Positions 1 through 9,305 of a DNA stretch of 64,000 bases are shown piece after piece (the stretch's first letter is position 1; each line of letters starts with the position of its first letter). Location of the stretch: contig JBILLK010000007.1 of NCBI GenBank assembly GCA_044376115.1, positions 288,001 to 352,000 on the forward strand, read 5' to 3'. Below the pieces are notes generated by a model. It saw nothing but the letters and a program-made list of their open reading frames with translations, searched no databases and had not been told where the DNA came from. The translations under genes were made by a program, and so were the position numbers. The stretch is from Polyangiaceae bacterium (GTDB lineage Bacteria > Myxococcota_A > Polyangia > Polyangiales > Polyangiaceae).

Positions 1-1
1 C

Positions 2-1126
2 GTGGTCCGGCTCAAGCCTGGCGCGAGCGCACCCGAAGAATTCCTTCAGAAGCCCCCTGGAGTGACGTGCGTAGCGTGTCACAGCGTCTCGGCCAACGGC
101 AGCACCTTGGTCGCCGGTTTTCACGGTGGCTACAGCCCGTGGGGGACCTTCAACACGCTCGATGGCGCCTCCATCTACGCGACCGATACGGCCTCAGGCT
201 TCGAGGCAATTTCGCCCACGGGCAGTCACGTCCTCTACGGCCAGTCCACGGGTTCGAACACCCTCACGCTTTCGACCAGCACGGACCTCGCGACGATCGC
301 CCAACTCACGCCGCCAGTCGGGCAGCCAGCGCATCCAACCTGGTCGACGGATGGAGGGAAAGTCGCCTACGGAGTTCGCACCAACGGCAACTGGCTCGAT
401 TTTACCGCAGCTTCGCTCTACTCCGCTGACATCGATACAGCAGTGCCCTCGATCACCAACCAGGTTGAGCTGGTGCCCTCGAGTGCTGATGCTGCGTTTC
501 CGGTCAACACCTATCCGTCGTTCAGCCCCGACTCCAAGTGGATCGCCTTCCAGCGCTCCAACACAGCGCGTACGCGAGCGGCGCTCGGTGAAGTGTGGCT
601 CACCAACCTCGACGGTTCGGTGCGCTTGCCGCTGACCAAGATGAACGGCACAGGGATGCTGCCTGGCGTGGAAGGACAAGCGACGTACCAGCCAACCTTC
701 TTGCCGGTCGCGGTGGGCGGTTACTTCTGGCTCGTGGCGGAATCGGAGCGCACCTACGGCAATACCCTCACCGACACAAACCCCAACACGCGCAGGAAGC
801 AGCTCTGGGTTTCAGCCATCAACACTGATCCGCAAGCTGGCGCAGACCCCAGCCATCCCGGCTTCTGGTTGCCCGGTCAAGAGCTCACGAATCAAAACAT
901 GCGCGGCGCTTGGGCGCTCGATCCCTGCAAGCCGCTCGGGGAATCGTGTGAAGCGGGCTTCGAATGTTGCGAGGGCTTCTGCGTCTTCGACCCGGAGGTG
1001 AACGACTACGTGTGTGGCGATCAGGAGGGCTGCTCCCCGAGTGGCAGCGCGTGCGAGACCGCCGAGGATTGCTGCGACACCGGCGCCCAATGCATCAACG
1101 GCTTCTGCGCGGGGGTTGCACAGTAG
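2..1126 (+). CDS. TolB-like (PD40/WD40) beta-propeller protein with a C-terminal Cys-rich domain; 5'-truncated by the window edge
   Basis: PD40-like motifs (HPTWSTDGGKVAY, YPSFSPDSKWIAF, YQPTF). C-terminal repeats of the type CEAGFECCEGFC / CETAEDCCDTGAQCINGFC. Confidence 0.7.
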   Translation: MVRLKPGASAPEEFLQKPPGVTCVACHSVSANGSTLVAGFHGGYSPWGTFNTLDGASIYATDTASGFEAISPTGSHVLYGQSTGSNTLTLSTSTDLATIAQLTPPVGQPAHPTWSTDGGKVAYGVRTNGNWLDFTAASLYSADIDTAVPSITNQVELVPSSADAAFPVNTYPSFSPDSKWIAFQRSNTARTRAALGEVWLTNLDGSVRLPLTKMNGTGMLPGVEGQATYQPTFLPVAVGGYFWLVAESERTYGNTLTDTNPNTRRKQLWVSAINTDPQAGADPSHPGFWLPGQELTNQNMRGAWALDPCKPLGESCEAGFECCEGFCVFDPEVNDYVCGDQEGCSPSGSACETAEDCCDTGAQCINGFCAGVAQ

Positions 1127-1171
1127 CTGCGGCTCAAGGCCTCGGGCTGCACGTGCCCGAGGCCAACGAGT

Positions 1172-2263
1172 TCATGGGCATGCCCAATCGGGGACTAGGC
1201 GCACGTTATCAATGCTCCAACCGCTGACCACGAGTGGCCTATCACCGCGTTTCAGCTCGACGCGGAAGCGCACTCGGAAGTCCGCCGATTTGAAGGCGGT
1301 TACGTCCGCTGAGTGAGCCGTCCAGTCGGATTCGGCGCTTGGCCCGGCGTCTTCAACCACCTGCCAGGTTCCATCACGCCAGACTTCAACCACTGCGGTT
1401 TGGTGTTCTCCATCGACGTTGAGCACGCTGTCCCATTTGAGGATCACAAGCCCACTTTCGTTCGATAGGTCCACGGCTTCGCTGGTTGCGGTCTCCGGAG
1501 CCTCGCGGTCGGTTTCTGTATCGGGAAGGTTGTCCCCGATGCGCGTTCCGAGCAAGTAGGCGCTGCCATCCGTATCTTTCGTGGGGTCGCCATAGGTGTC
1601 CTCGCTATGGCCCTTCGATAGCTTCGGTTCGCCGATCTCGAACAAGCCTAGCGGCCCACTCAACTTGAACGCGGAGCTCTCACCGAAGGTCTCGTGGAAC
1701 ATGCGATGAATCGGGAAAACGCAGCCTTCCTGGACGTCGCACAGGTCGAGGGTGCAGACGTCCTGATCACTGCACACCGCTGGCTCGTGGACGAGTCCAG
1801 TGAGCGAATCACAGCTATCGACGGTACAGGCGTCTCCATCAGAGGGTTCTAACGCTATCGACTCCACCTCGCCGTTGCTCGGCTCGCAGCGCTCCACCGT
1901 GCAAGCGTCACCGTCGTCTGGCGTCCACTCGAGGTGAAACGGCCCCGATAGGCTGTCGCAGTCGTCGACGGTGCAGGCATTGCCGTCATCGATGTTGACC
2001 GCATCAGCGACGCAGGTGCCGCTGACGCAGCGGTGCTCGGTGCAGGCGTCGCCGTCCTCACAATCCGCGTTGGCTTGGCATGGGCTTGGACCGCCATTGG
2101 GGTCGTTGAAGCTCGGTGGATCGTTTGCTTCGGGCTCGGAAGGCGGAGTTGCGCTGCTTCCGCCGTCATCGCCGCTGGATTCCACGCTGATCTCCTGTTC
2201 GCACGCAGGGAGCCAAATCAGTACAGCGCAAAGGAGTAACGAACTGTGTGCTTGGTTTCGCAT
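1172..2263 (-). CDS. Putative lipoprotein with DDGxACTxDxC Cys-rich repeats and a C-terminal beta-sandwich (MAM/jelly-roll-like) domain
   Basis: Signal peptide with lipobox-like LPAC. About 5 repeats such as DDGNACTVDDC and DDGDACTVERC. C-terminus FRVRFRV...GWSIDNVRL. Confidence 0.7.
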   Translation of the reverse strand: MRNQAHSSLLLCAVLIWLPACEQEISVESSGDDGGSSATPPSEPEANDPPSFNDPNGGPSPCQANADCEDGDACTEHRCVSGTCVADAVNIDDGNACTVDDCDSLSGPFHLEWTPDDGDACTVERCEPSNGEVESIALEPSDGDACTVDSCDSLTGLVHEPAVCSDQDVCTLDLCDVQEGCVFPIHRMFHETFGESSAFKLSGPLGLFEIGEPKLSKGHSEDTYGDPTKDTDGSAYLLGTRIGDNLPDTETDREAPETATSEAVDLSNESGLVILKWDSVLNVDGEHQTAVVEVWRDGTWQVVEDAGPSAESDWTAHSADVTAFKSADFRVRFRVELKRGDRPLVVSGWSIDNVRLVPDWACP

Positions 2264-2295
2264 ATCAACCTCGTGAAAAGTAGGAAATCGGGGGG

Positions 2296-3363
2296 TTAGG
2301 GGCAGTTGCGGGCCGGCAGCAGACGCACGTCGTCCACACTCACCCCGCGCACATCCACGCCAGGGCTAACGGCAAAGCGAATGCGAAAATCAGCGTTGGC
2401 GTGGGCCGTGACATCGACCACCTCGGAGCTCCAACCCGCCTCTTCGAGTTCAGGCGAGAAGCTCTCCGCCCACGGTGAGTCCACAGTGACCCAGCTTTCG
2501 CCGTTCCATACTTGGACCTGGAAGTCGCCCGCCGCGATCGCGCCGCCGACTGCAAAGGTGTATTCGAGAAAGACCTCCCCCTTGGCCGACGACAGATCGA
2601 CGCCTGGGCTCGAGGCCACGATGGGCCCGGTGAACTCCGAGAAGGGAAGGCCTTCCCGTTGGGCTAGCCACAGACTGCGATTGTCGTCGCTGGCCGTGTG
2701 GTCGACCGAAGGCGCTGCCACCTCGGCAAAGCCACTCTCGTCTCGCACGCTGCCGATCGTCCACAGGGCGTCGAGTTGCCACGCATCTCCGCGCTCGAAC
2801 GTTTCGTGGAAGTAGACGACGGGAAGATGAAAGCAGCCCACATCGCTGTGACAGCCATCCTCGGTGCAAGCGCTCGCGTCATCGCAGTCGAGCGCCGTCC
2901 GAAACACGCCAACATCGCTGTCGCACGCGTCAATCGTGCAAACGTCCAAGTCGTCGAGGCGAACCGGAAGGTGAAGGGTCGCGCCGAACTCAGGCACGCA
3001 GATGTCCTCCGTGCAGGCGTCGCCATCGTCATCCGCGACGACCTCCCACGACCAGCCGAACTCGGGATCACAGGCTGCCACCATGCACGGATTCTCATGC
3101 TCACTTTCGGCGGCGGTGACGACGCAGAAGCCGGCTGATGAACAGGCCTCCGCGGTGCACGGATTCTCGTCGTCGCAGTCGCTGTCGGTGGCACAGCTGC
3201 GATGCAAGCTAACGGGGCCATCCTCGGACTCAGGCCCGGAGTCGTCCACCCAGTCAACGTCGGGAAACGTTGATTCGGGTGACTCTGCTGTGTCCTCAAG
3301 CTGGTAGCCCTCGGCGCAAGCGGTACAAAACAAGGGAAGTACGAGATGGTTCAGCAAGCGCAT
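2296..3363 (-). CDS. Paralog of 1172..2263: Cys-rich repeat lipoprotein with a C-terminal beta-sandwich domain
   Basis: Lipobox-like CTAC. Repeats DDGDACTEDIC and DDLDVCTIDAC. Shares FHETF, VDLS, VWxGxxW, DVTA, FRxRF and DxVRL with the adjacent gene. Confidence 0.7.
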   Translation of the reverse strand: MRLLNHLVLPLFCTACAEGYQLEDTAESPESTFPDVDWVDDSGPESEDGPVSLHRSCATDSDCDDENPCTAEACSSAGFCVVTAAESEHENPCMVAACDPEFGWSWEVVADDDGDACTEDICVPEFGATLHLPVRLDDLDVCTIDACDSDVGVFRTALDCDDASACTEDGCHSDVGCFHLPVVYFHETFERGDAWQLDALWTIGSVRDESGFAEVAAPSVDHTASDDNRSLWLAQREGLPFSEFTGPIVASSPGVDLSSAKGEVFLEYTFAVGGAIAAGDFQVQVWNGESWVTVDSPWAESFSPELEEAGWSSEVVDVTAHANADFRIRFAVSPGVDVRGVSVDDVRLLPARNCP

Positions 3364-3481
3364 GGGCAGTAACCTCCGCTTTGGAAGACGGCCCGCTACT
3401 GGCTCGGCTCAAGAGAAAAGCGTCAATCGGTTGACAGTCGCCGCGTGAGCCGTGATAGCGAAGCTACCCTTAAGGAACCTT

Positions 3482-4417
3482 ATGGAACTCTCCGCTCGGA
3501 TCTTCGTTGCTGGACACAGAGGCCTGGTTGGTCGCGCGATCGTTCGTAGACTTCAAGCTTTGGGGGCGACGAACCTGCTGCTTCGTTCGCGTTCAGAGCT
3601 CGATCTCACGGACGCACAGGCGACTCGCAGCTTCTTTGAGGAAGCCAAGCCGGAGTACGTTTTTCTCGCTGCGGCTCGCGTGGGCGGGATCGCCGCGAAC
3701 AATCGTTACCCAGCCGATTTCATCCGCGACAACTTGCTGATCCAGACGCACGTGATTGACAGCGCGCATCGCGCGCAGGTCAAGAAGCTGCTGTTCTTGG
3801 GCTCGAGTTGCATCTACCCGAAGTTTGCGCCGCAACCGATTCCTGAATCGGCGCTGCTCACCGGCGCACTCGAAGCCACCAACGATGCCTACGCCGTTGC
3901 GAAGATCGCCGGCATCCAGATGTGTCAGTCGTACCACCGCCAACACGGCATGCGGGCGATCTCGCTGATGCCTACCAACCTCTACGGCCCGTTCGACAAC
4001 TTCGATCTCGAGAACTCCCACGTCTTGCCGGCGCTGATCCGAAAGTTCCACGAAGCGAAAGTGCGGCGGGCCAATGCCGTGGAGATCTGGGGTTCCGGCT
4101 CGCCGCGACGTGAGTTCCTATTCGTCGATGATCTCGCCGACGCGAGCATCTTTCTGATGAACGGTTATGAGTCGCCCGAGATCGTCAACGTTGGAGTTGG
4201 GGATGACGTCACCATCGCCGAACTCGCGGCGTTGGTTCAAAAGGTGGTTGGCTTCGAAGGGGAGCTCACCTTCGATCGCTCGCGGCCGGACGGAACGCCG
4301 CGCAAGCTGCTCGATGTGTCACGGCTCAGCGGCCTCGGCTGGCGAGCCAAGACCGAACTCGCGCACGGGATCGCTGCGACGTACGAGTGGTACCGTGCGA
4401 ATGGAGCGGCCGAGTGA
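3482..4417 (+). CDS. fcl: GDP-L-fucose synthase
   Basis: IFVAGHRGLVG, LAAARVGGI, LGSSCIYPK, YAVAK, PTNLYGP, SHVLPALIRKFHEAK and DGTPRK. ATG at 3482 follows AAGGA. Confidence 0.95.
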   Translation: MELSARIFVAGHRGLVGRAIVRRLQALGATNLLLRSRSELDLTDAQATRSFFEEAKPEYVFLAAARVGGIAANNRYPADFIRDNLLIQTHVIDSAHRAQVKKLLFLGSSCIYPKFAPQPIPESALLTGALEATNDAYAVAKIAGIQMCQSYHRQHGMRAISLMPTNLYGPFDNFDLENSHVLPALIRKFHEAKVRRANAVEIWGSGSPRREFLFVDDLADASIFLMNGYESPEIVNVGVGDDVTIAELAALVQKVVGFEGELTFDRSRPDGTPRKLLDVSRLSGLGWRAKTELAHGIAATYEWYRANGAAE

Positions 4418-5013
4418 CGCCCAGCCAACCCCTGCATGTGGTCGGTTTTGGCGGCACCTTGCGGCCGCGTTCTTCCACTGTTCGCGTGCTCGAGCGGGTG
4501 CTCTCCGAGGTCGAGGCACAGGGAGCAACGGTCGAGCTGTTGCAGCTGGAGCAGCTCGGTTTGCCGTTTTATGAGTGGGGGGTCGAGCCAACCGAGGGCG
4601 TGCATCGCCTCGTGCGCGCGTTCGCCAATGCTGACGCTCTCGTTTGGGCGAGCCCGCTCTATCACGGCACCATCAGTGGCGCCTTCAAGAACGCGCTCGA
4701 TTGGTTGGAGCTGCTCGCGCAGGAGAATCCGCCATACCTCAGTGACAAGCCCGTCGGACTTATTGGCGTAGCGGGCGGCGTTCAATCTTTGCAGGCGGTA
4801 TCGACGATGGAGCACATCGTTCGCTCGCTGCGCGGCTGGACGATCCCGATGGTGGTCGGCATCAATCGATCGCGCGAGCTCTTCGCCGAGGACGGCTCGA
4901 TCGCCGATGATCGCGCGCTCTCACAACTGAAGATCCTCGCCGGTGAGCTCGTGAAGTCGGCGAACCTCTTTCGTTCCGCGCGTGCTCTGTCCGCTCAGTC
5001 TGGCTCGAAGTAG
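4414..5013 (+). CDS. NADPH-dependent FMN reductase
   Basis: GGTLRPRSST and SPLYHGTISGAFKNALDW flavodoxin-like motifs. GTGA overlap with the fcl stop. Confidence 0.85.
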   Translation: MTPSQPLHVVGFGGTLRPRSSTVRVLERVLSEVEAQGATVELLQLEQLGLPFYEWGVEPTEGVHRLVRAFANADALVWASPLYHGTISGAFKNALDWLELLAQENPPYLSDKPVGLIGVAGGVQSLQAVSTMEHIVRSLRGWTIPMVVGINRSRELFAEDGSIADDRALSQLKILAGELVKSANLFRSARALSAQSGSK

Positions 5014-6293
5014 ACGTCGGCCTTGGTCCCGGTGCGGTAGTAGCGTTCATGTTCCGGGCGCTGAAAGGTGAACGCACCGAAGGCGTTGACTGCCACGGCT
5101 ACGGCTGCCGCGAGCGCGAGGCCCGGCGTCCAGCGCCGACGAGCGATCGGTAACATCAGCAGTAGAAAGACGATGAAGTCGTTCGAGAAGCGGTAGCCGA
5201 ATTGGACTCGGCCGGTGTTCTGATAGAGCAACGAGGGCACCGCAACCAGCGCCGCTGAGAGGCCCAGCGCAAGGAAGGTCGCGCGCGCCGCAGTGCTGCG
5301 AAAGCGCGGGAATAGCAGCCAAAGCAGAAAAGGGGAGGTGAGCCACAACGCGAGTCCATGTTGACTTATGCGCAGCCCATCTTTGCCGTGGCCCCAGAAG
5401 GGCATGCTAGCGAGCGCGACGCCCAAGTTTCGCCCGAGGTAGTGAAAGCTGAAGAGTCCCCACTTCTCGATGCGCGGCTTCCAAACGATATCGAGGTGCC
5501 GATGCCCAAACTCAAACGGGTCGTGGAAGCGAAGGTTGTTGTGAAAGGCGATCACGAGCAGCACCGCACAAAGCGGCGCAAAGAAGAGACCGACCCTGCG
5601 CGCCAGCAGGAGAGGATCGACCGTGCGATAGTCCCTGCAGGCCTCGAACAGAAAGAACGGCGCCGCAAATAGCAGCGGAACCCGCGTCGCGAAGGCCAAG
5701 CCCAGAAAGAGCCCCGCGAGCAGCGGACGTTTGGCTTCGATGCTGGTGAACACGTACAAGGCGCTCAGGCCGGTGCCTACGACATGAGCCGCGAACCAAA
5801 CGGTGCCTTGCACCGAGCTGAACCAGAACACCGTAGCGAGCGGAAGTAGCAACGCGATCGCAGCGCAGCTCAGCGCGGAGTGATGCACCCGCTTGGATGC
5901 TCGAAGTTGCAGCAAGCTGAGAAAGGTGAACAGCGGCGCGACCGGCGTGAGCAGCAGAAAGAACAAGCCGTCGCGGACTGCGCCTGCGCTGCCAGTGAGC
6001 AAAACGAGCGGCGTCAGCAGCAGCGCGGGGAACGGCGGGAAGGTGATCCAGTGTTTGCCACCATGGATCGCGAAGTCGTCGTTGCCCGTGTACTCCGGCG
6101 GCGGCCCACCCAAGTCGAGCCGTCCCTGAAGCCAGCTCTCCGCAAGCAACGCAAAGTGATTTTGCGCGGTGTGCTTGCTGAAGAGTTCGCTGGGAGCTGC
6201 CCACAGGTTGGCGACGAGGGTGAGCAAAGCCACAGCCACTGCAAGCTGCCAGTGCTTGACGTTCCGCCAAAGGCACCAGTCATTTCGTTGCAT
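4995..6293 (-). CDS. Polytopic membrane protein, possibly GT-C glycosyltransferase-like; start uncertain (ORF extends to 6365)
   Basis: About 10 hydrophobic helices. Loop HFALLAESWLQGRLDL...FPPFPALL and late QFGYRF motif. Confidence 0.6.
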   Translation of the reverse strand: MQRNDWCLWRNVKHWQLAVAVALLTLVANLWAAPSELFSKHTAQNHFALLAESWLQGRLDLGGPPPEYTGNDDFAIHGGKHWITFPPFPALLLTPLVLLTGSAGAVRDGLFFLLLTPVAPLFTFLSLLQLRASKRVHHSALSCAAIALLLPLATVFWFSSVQGTVWFAAHVVGTGLSALYVFTSIEAKRPLLAGLFLGLAFATRVPLLFAAPFFLFEACRDYRTVDPLLLARRVGLFFAPLCAVLLVIAFHNNLRFHDPFEFGHRHLDIVWKPRIEKWGLFSFHYLGRNLGVALASMPFWGHGKDGLRISQHGLALWLTSPFLLWLLFPRFRSTAARATFLALGLSAALVAVPSLLYQNTGRVQFGYRFSNDFIVFLLLMLPIARRRWTPGLALAAAVAVAVNAFGAFTFQRPEHERYYRTGTKADVYFEPD

Positions 6294-6382
6294 CGGCGGG
6301 CTGGCGGAGGGTGAGGGCACTTGCGTTCGTCCAACTTTCGTGAAAAGACCTGCCGCTCGTAACACGGAGAGAACCCGAGAGA

Positions 6383-7174
6383 ATGGCTGAGTCCCACGGT
6401 AAACCAGCAGAGCATCTGATCGTCCTTCAGGCGAATGACATCGAGACGACGGGAATTGAGGTCAGCGAAGAGCTGTCCGTCGAGTGGCTCAACCAGCATT
6501 TGCGTGAAGCCGAAGCGGAAGCGCGCGCAGCCGGTAAGTTCTCCGGGCGTCTTTCGCGCAGCGGCAAGGCAGACATCGTCGTTCGAGCAAAGCTCTCGGC
6601 CTCGGTATCGCTTCCGTGCGCTCGCTGCTTGACCATGACGCCTGTGGATGTGGCCGCTGAACTCTCGCTTTTGCTACGCCCGCGCAAGGAAGAGCCGAGG
6701 GGAGGCCGTCGCGCCGTTCCTGAGCCCGCGAAGCAGCGAACACCCAAGGCCGTTGAGTACGAGTTTTCGTCTGAGGAAGCGGAGCTCGACGACTACGACG
6801 GTGAGAAGGTCGTGCTGGACGGCTTCATCCGAGAAGCAATTCTGCTCGAATTGCCGAGTTTTCCGCTCTGTACCGAGGATTGTTCGGGCATCAGTGAGTC
6901 TTCGCCACGGAAGGCGGCAGGGTCTCAGCCGGGGTCGCGCGGCGGGTCTGCGCGCGCCGCAGCCGCTAAATCCGAGCCTGGCAAGATGGAGCGGCCGAAC
7001 CCTTTTGAGGCGCTTCGTCATTTACTCACCGAGAAGCCCTTGCCTTCGGACGAAGGGTTAGGCAATAGTGCGCGCCCTTCGGCTGCCGAGGTGCGTCGCG
7101 CTACGCGAACGCTCCAGCGAGAAAAGCCCAAGATCCGGTCAAGCATGACCGGTCGCAGCAGCAAGAAAAGTTAA
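6383..7174 (+). CDS. DUF177/YceD-family protein with a basic C-terminal extension
   Basis: CARCL and LCTEDCSG cysteine motifs, IREAILLELP, and position directly upstream of rpmF. Confidence 0.85.
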   Translation: MAESHGKPAEHLIVLQANDIETTGIEVSEELSVEWLNQHLREAEAEARAAGKFSGRLSRSGKADIVVRAKLSASVSLPCARCLTMTPVDVAAELSLLLRPRKEEPRGGRRAVPEPAKQRTPKAVEYEFSSEEAELDDYDGEKVVLDGFIREAILLELPSFPLCTEDCSGISESSPRKAAGSQPGSRGGSARAAAAKSEPGKMERPNPFEALRHLLTEKPLPSDEGLGNSARPSAAEVRRATRTLQREKPKIRSSMTGRSSKKS

Positions 7175-7189
7175 TCAGAGGAGTTTGCC

Positions 7190-7378
7190 GTGGCTGTCCC
7201 CAAGCGAAAAACGACCCCCCCGAAGCGTGACATGCGTCGCGCCAACCACGACAAGGTGACTCCCGTCGAGATCGTCGCCTGCCCGAACTGTGGTGAAGCA
7301 ACGCGGCCGCACCGCGCTTGCGGCTCCTGTGGGCACTACAAGGGCAAGAAGGCTGTCGCTGTCAAGACGGCGGGCTGA
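7190..7378 (+). CDS. rpmF: 50S ribosomal protein L32 (zinc-ribbon, C+ type)
   Basis: MAVPKRKT...CPNC...PHRACGSCGHY. GGAG upstream of the GTG. Confidence 0.97.
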   Translation: MAVPKRKTTPPKRDMRRANHDKVTPVEIVACPNCGEATRPHRACGSCGHYKGKKAVAVKTAG

Positions 7379-8438
7379 CTCGTCGAAGGGGTTTGGCCGC
7401 TTCCGCAGAGGCGGAGCTGTCGCAAGTCGCGGCACTTCCCAACCTTCTGCGGCGTGGTCGCCTCGCTCGCGTATCGCCGGCACGGGAAGCTACCTGCCGG
7501 CGAACGTCGTTTCGAACGCCGATCTGGCTTCCTTCCTCGATACCAACGACGCGTGGATACGCGAACGCACTGGCATTGCGGAGCGTCGGATCGCAGGTGA
7601 AGACGAGGCGACGAGTGACCTTGCCGTCATCGCTGCGCGCCGCGCTCTTGCTTCCGCCGGGCTGCAGGCGAGCGACATCGACCTGATCGTCGTTGGAACC
7701 ATCACGCCCGATGGTCCAATGCCCGCCTGTGCGGTACGCGTGCAAACCAAGCTCGGTCTCGACCGAGTGCCTTCGTTCGACGTATCCGCTGCATGCGCCG
7801 GGTTTCTCTACGGGATGGTGATCGCCGACCAGTTCATCAAGACCGGGGCGGCGAAGAACGTTCTCGTCGTCGGCGCTGAGCTCTTGAGTCGCGTGGTGGA
7901 CTGGTCAGACCGCACCACCGCCGTGCTCTTTGGTGACGGCGCTGGCGCGGTTGTGCTCTCACCCGCGGAGCGCGGTGGCTTGATTTCGGCTCGACTCGCG
8001 AGTGAAGGCGGGCTCGCTGACGCGCTCGGGATCCCCGCAGGCGGCACCTTTGAGCCGCTCACTGTTCGAGGCATGGCTTCGCATCGCGACAAGATGAAGA
8101 TGGTCGGGCAGGACGTTTTTCGCGCGGCCATTCGTGGGCTCGCGGAGATTGGGGAGCAGGTCGTTCACGAGGCTGGTCTTTCAATGTCCGACGTCGATTG
8201 GTTCGTGCCCCACCAGTCGAACATGCGCATCTTGAGCGCCGTCGCCGATCGTTGGCAGGTTGGGCTCGATCGCTTCATCCTCATGCTCGAAGCAACCGGC
8301 AACACGTCGAGCGCTTCCGTCCCCATCGGGCTCGATGAAGGCTTGCGCGACGGTCGCATTCGCAGCGGGCAGAAGATCCTGATGTTCGCACTTGGCGCCG
8401 GTATCTCGTACGGCGCGGTGTTGCTCGAGGTCGGCTGA
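7290..8438 (+). CDS. fabH: Beta-ketoacyl-ACP synthase III; true start unresolved (see findings)
   Basis: IAGTGSYLP, WIRERTGIAERR, AACAGF (catalytic Cys), LFGDGAGA, PHQSN (His) and GNTSSAS (Asn). Confidence 0.93.
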   Translation: MVKQRGRTALAAPVGTTRARRLSLSRRRADSSKGFGRFRRGGAVASRGTSQPSAAWSPRSRIAGTGSYLPANVVSNADLASFLDTNDAWIRERTGIAERRIAGEDEATSDLAVIAARRALASAGLQASDIDLIVVGTITPDGPMPACAVRVQTKLGLDRVPSFDVSAACAGFLYGMVIADQFIKTGAAKNVLVVGAELLSRVVDWSDRTTAVLFGDGAGAVVLSPAERGGLISARLASEGGLADALGIPAGGTFEPLTVRGMASHRDKMKMVGQDVFRAAIRGLAEIGEQVVHEAGLSMSDVDWFVPHQSNMRILSAVADRWQVGLDRFILMLEATGNTSSASVPIGLDEGLRDGRIRSGQKILMFALGAGISYGAVLLEVG

Positions 8439-8679
8439 GTTCGCATCCTGCACCTCGAGTGCAGCACGTGTACAAACCTGACGCTCCAAGGCGAGTTCTT
8501 GTGCAGTGCGTCGCTCGCTGGTCCGAAAAATTGGCGTGAATCCCTCTACCAACAGCAGGACTTCTGTTCTAAGAACGAACGCCTTACTTGGAGGGTGCTG
8601 AAGCGGCACAGAGCGTGCTCACCGCGCGTCGCATCCCTCGCTTGTTGCTGTCGCCCGGATCGTAGTTGTTGGAGGTCCC

Positions 8680-9195
8680 ATGTTGCATATCACTGCTCCC
8701 CGTTCCGTATTTCTTGCCACCCTCAGCTTGGTGCTCGCCTGTGCTCAGGGAGACACCGGAACCGGTGGGGGCATCTCGAGCGGCGACACTGACTCCAGCA
8801 GCAGCTCGATCACCTCGAGTTCCAGCGGCGACACCAGCGACACCACCTCAACGTCGATGGGTGGGACGACGAACACCGGAATGGGTGGAACCCCGAACAC
8901 CACCAACACCACCAACTCCACTGTAACGGCCGGTGGCAACAATGAGGGCGGAGCAACGTCCAGCAACGTTGTCACTGCCAACAACGCCAACAACGCCAAC
9001 AACGCAGCAACCACGAGTTCGAGCAGCGGAGCGATGTGTGATCAGTTCACCTGCTTGCTCGTCTGCCTGCAAGGGCCGCAGGGCGCTTGTGATGAAGCGG
9101 CTTGCATGTGTGATTCGTTGATCTCGAGCGTTTCATCGGGCCTGGCGGGCGGCTTCCCGAGCTCTGCAGCTGGCCTTGCCGGCTTTGCTCCCTGA
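8680..9195 (+). CDS. Ser/Thr/Gly/Asn-rich putative lipoprotein with a small C-terminal Cys cluster
   Basis: GGAGG RBS, lipobox VLAC, low-complexity stalk, and CDQFTCLLVC...CDEAACMC. Confidence 0.65.
   Translation: MLHITAPRSVFLATLSLVLACAQGDTGTGGGISSGDTDSSSSSITSSSSGDTSDTTSTSMGGTTNTGMGGTPNTTNTTNSTVTAGGNNEGGATSSNVVTANNANNANNAATTSSSSGAMCDQFTCLLVCLQGPQGACDEAACMCDSLISSVSSGLAGGFPSSAAGLAGFAP
8977..9003 (+). repeat. 9-bp tandem repeat (GCCAACAAC)x3 encoding ANN repeats
   Basis: Read directly from the sequence. Confidence 0.85.
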
Positions 9196-9305
9196 GCACG
9201 AGCGCTTGAATCGCTTCGCTGCGCGCGCGAATTGACGCACGCGAATGATCCCTTCATAGCGTTAGCGATGAACGAGCGCTCGCAGGGTTTCGTGGAGCTT
9301 GGACG

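Noticed and set aside
8439..8679. Intergenic region examined for tRNA or ncRNA
   Set aside because: Only a short hairpin (CTGCAC-CTCGA-GTGCAG) was seen, with no cloverleaf or recognisable family.
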